Program-made: the position numbers and the translations under genes
Assembly (NCBI GenBank): GCA_964593435.1
Contig: CAZQGY010000005.1
Location: 92 to 64,091 of the forward strand
From: an uncultured Flavobacterium sp.
GTDB lineage: Bacteria; Bacteroidota; Bacteroidia; Flavobacteriales; Flavobacteriaceae
DNA length: 64,000 bases
Direction of reading: 5' to 3'
Notes under the pieces: model-generated
The model's database searches: none
What the model was told of the DNA's origin: nothing
What the model saw: only the letters and a program-made list of their open reading frames with translations
Shown: positions 62,232 through 64,000 of the stretch, in pieces
Numbering within the stretch: position 1 is the first letter of the stretch
Layout of the letters: the number at the start of each line of letters is the position of its first letter

Positions 62232-64000
62232 ATGTCAGAGATAGATTTAGAGGCCGAAAACAAAGCTATTGCCCAAGAATATAAAGAGTTATTACGCATT
62301 AGTTATCAAAGCTTAACAGCCGATGATAAAAAAATAATTCGTAAGGCTTTTGATGTGGCAGTTGAAGCCCATAAAGATCAAAGAAGAAAATCTGGCGAAG
62401 CGTATATTTTTCATCCAATTGCTGTAGCAAAAATTGTAGCCTCACAAATTGGTCTAGGTTCTACAGGTATAGCCTCTGCCCTACTTCACGATGTGGTAGA
62501 AGATACGGACATAACTATTTCTGACATTGAAAAAATGTTTAATCCAAAAATTGCTAAAATTGTTGAAGGATTAACCAAAATTCCAAAAGTAAAAAACGAC
62601 CAAGAGATTTCACTTCAAGCTGAAAATTTCAGAAAAATGCTACTTACGCTTAATGATGACGTTAGGGTAATTTTAATAAAACTTGCCGATAGATTGCACA
62701 ATATGCAAACTATGGACGGAATGTCGGACTACAAACAAGCAAAAATTGCATCGGAAACCTTATATATTTATGCGCCATTAGCACATCGCTTAGGGCTTTA
62801 TAATATTAAAACGCAATTAGAAGATTTAGGATTAAAGTACACAGAACCAGAAGTTTATGCAGATATTGTTAGTAAAATTAAAGAAACCAAAGAAGAGCAA
62901 GACTCGTATATAAAATCTATTTCAGATATTTTAAGTCAATCCATGACTACGGAAGGGATTGATTTTGTTATTAAAGGTCGACCAAAATCGATTTACTCAA
63001 TCCGTAGAAAAATGAAAGTGCAAGGGGTAACTTTTGATGAAGTATACGATAAATTTGCGCTAAGAATTATTTACAAATCCAATCTTCACGATGAAAAATT
63101 CTTAGCTTGGAAAATTTATTCTGTAGTAACAGACCATTACAGACCAAGTCCAAGTCGTTTACGCGATTGGATTTCTTCACCAAAATCTACAGGATACGAA
63201 GCGTTACACATTACTGTAATGGGGCCTTTAGGCCGGTGGGTAGAAATTCAAGTTCGAAGTGAACGAATGGATGAGATTGCAGAAAAAGGTTACGCAGCAC
63301 ACTATAAATATAAAAATAATACAACAGAAGAAAATAGCTTAGAAATTTGGCTAAATCAACTAAAAGAAGCACTTGAAAATTCGAATAATAATGCTGTTGA
63401 TTTTGTAGAAGATTTCAAACTGAATTTATATGCTAAAGAAATATACATTTTTACACCAAAAGGAGAAATAAAATCATTACCCAAAGGGGCTACTACTCTC
63501 GACTTTGCATTTAGTATTCACTCGGAAATTGGTGTAAAAACACGAGGAACAAAAGTAAATGGTAAATTAGTACCGCTAAATCACATATTAAATAGTGGGG
63601 ATCAAGTAGAAATTATTACTTCGCAAAATCAGAAACCTACGATTCAATGGCTTGATTATGTTTCAACTTCTCGTGCCAAAACTAAAATCAAGAATGTTTT
63701 AAATGAAGATATTAAAAAAATTGGCGAAGAAGGTCGAGAAATTTTAACACGAAAATTACGCCACTTAAAAATAACACTAAACGAAAATTCAATTAATGAA
63801 TTGGTCAATTATTTCAAATTAAAAACCAGTTTAGATTTATTTTACAGAGTAGGTGTTGGCGCTATTGAAAATCAGCAATTACGTGATTATGCTGCACAAA
63901 AAAGCAATACTTTAGTTAACTTTTTAAAGAAAACCATTAAAAGAAACGCTAGTTCATCTGAGGAAAAAAATCAGAAAAATAAGGCCAATGAAAAACTCGA
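62232..64000 (+). CDS. relA: Bifunctional (p)ppGpp synthetase/hydrolase (long RSH), 3'-truncated by window edge
   Basis: RRKSGEAYIFHP, LLHDVVEDT, KLADRLHNM, GRPKSIYSI, YEALH, EIQVRS and TGS FTPKGE motifs. Absent from the ORF track because no stop falls within the window. Confidence 0.95.
   Translation, partial: MSEIDLEAENKAIAQEYKELLRISYQSLTADDKKIIRKAFDVAVEAHKDQRRKSGEAYIFHPIAVAKIVASQIGLGSTGIASALLHDVVEDTDITISDIEKMFNPKIAKIVEGLTKIPKVKNDQEISLQAENFRKMLLTLNDDVRVILIKLADRLHNMQTMDGMSDYKQAKIASETLYIYAPLAHRLGLYNIKTQLEDLGLKYTEPEVYADIVSKIKETKEEQDSYIKSISDILSQSMTTEGIDFVIKGRPKSIYSIRRKMKVQGVTFDEVYDKFALRIIYKSNLHDEKFLAWKIYSVVTDHYRPSPSRLRDWISSPKSTGYEALHITVMGPLGRWVEIQVRSERMDEIAEKGYAAHYKYKNNTTEENSLEIWLNQLKEALENSNNNAVDFVEDFKLNLYAKEIYIFTPKGEIKSLPKGATTLDFAFSIHSEIGVKTRGTKVNGKLVPLNHILNSGDQVEIITSQNQKPTIQWLDYVSTSRAKTKIKNVLNEDIKKIGEEGREILTRKLRHLKITLNENSINELVNYFKLKTSLDLFYRVGVGAIENQQLRDYAAQKSNTLVNFLKKTIKRNASSSEEKNQKNKANEKL

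Overview
AT-rich chromosomal window from a Bacteroidota bacterium, most likely Flavobacterium. The assignment rests on TAnnTTTG promoters, A-rich start contexts without Shine-Dalgarno, T9SS type A/B C-terminal signals and TonB receptors. Most genes are housekeeping: miaA (partial), prfB, rnpB, dnaX, prfA, oxyR-like, uvrD, recG, split transketolase, lon, trmH-family and relA/spoT (partial). There are also many peptidases, a PiT/DUF47 phosphate pair, an iron-uptake-type TBDR-PepSY unit, a six-gene surface-glycan cluster and an MNT-HEPN toxin-antitoxin pair. Signals the ORF track misses: (1) dnaX is split at an A10 run, so the 0-frame product is the short gamma-like protein and the full 576-aa tau needs a -1 shift or an extra A; (2) the prfB +1 frameshift site with a perfect AGGAGG; (3) RNase P RNA; (4) an unannotated 56-aa membrane protein with its own promoter; (5) two 23-bp operator-like boxes bracketing the TBDR promoter; (6) a 107-bp plus 21-bp duplication scar around the TA module, with a dead copy of the trmH start; (7) two dispersed or clustered palindromic repeat families; (8) a small pseudogene after recG; (9) a ~165-aa internally repeated insertion in PiT. 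I saw no CRISPR array, tRNA, rRNA, transposase or integrase. No database searches were run, so family calls come from recognised motifs.
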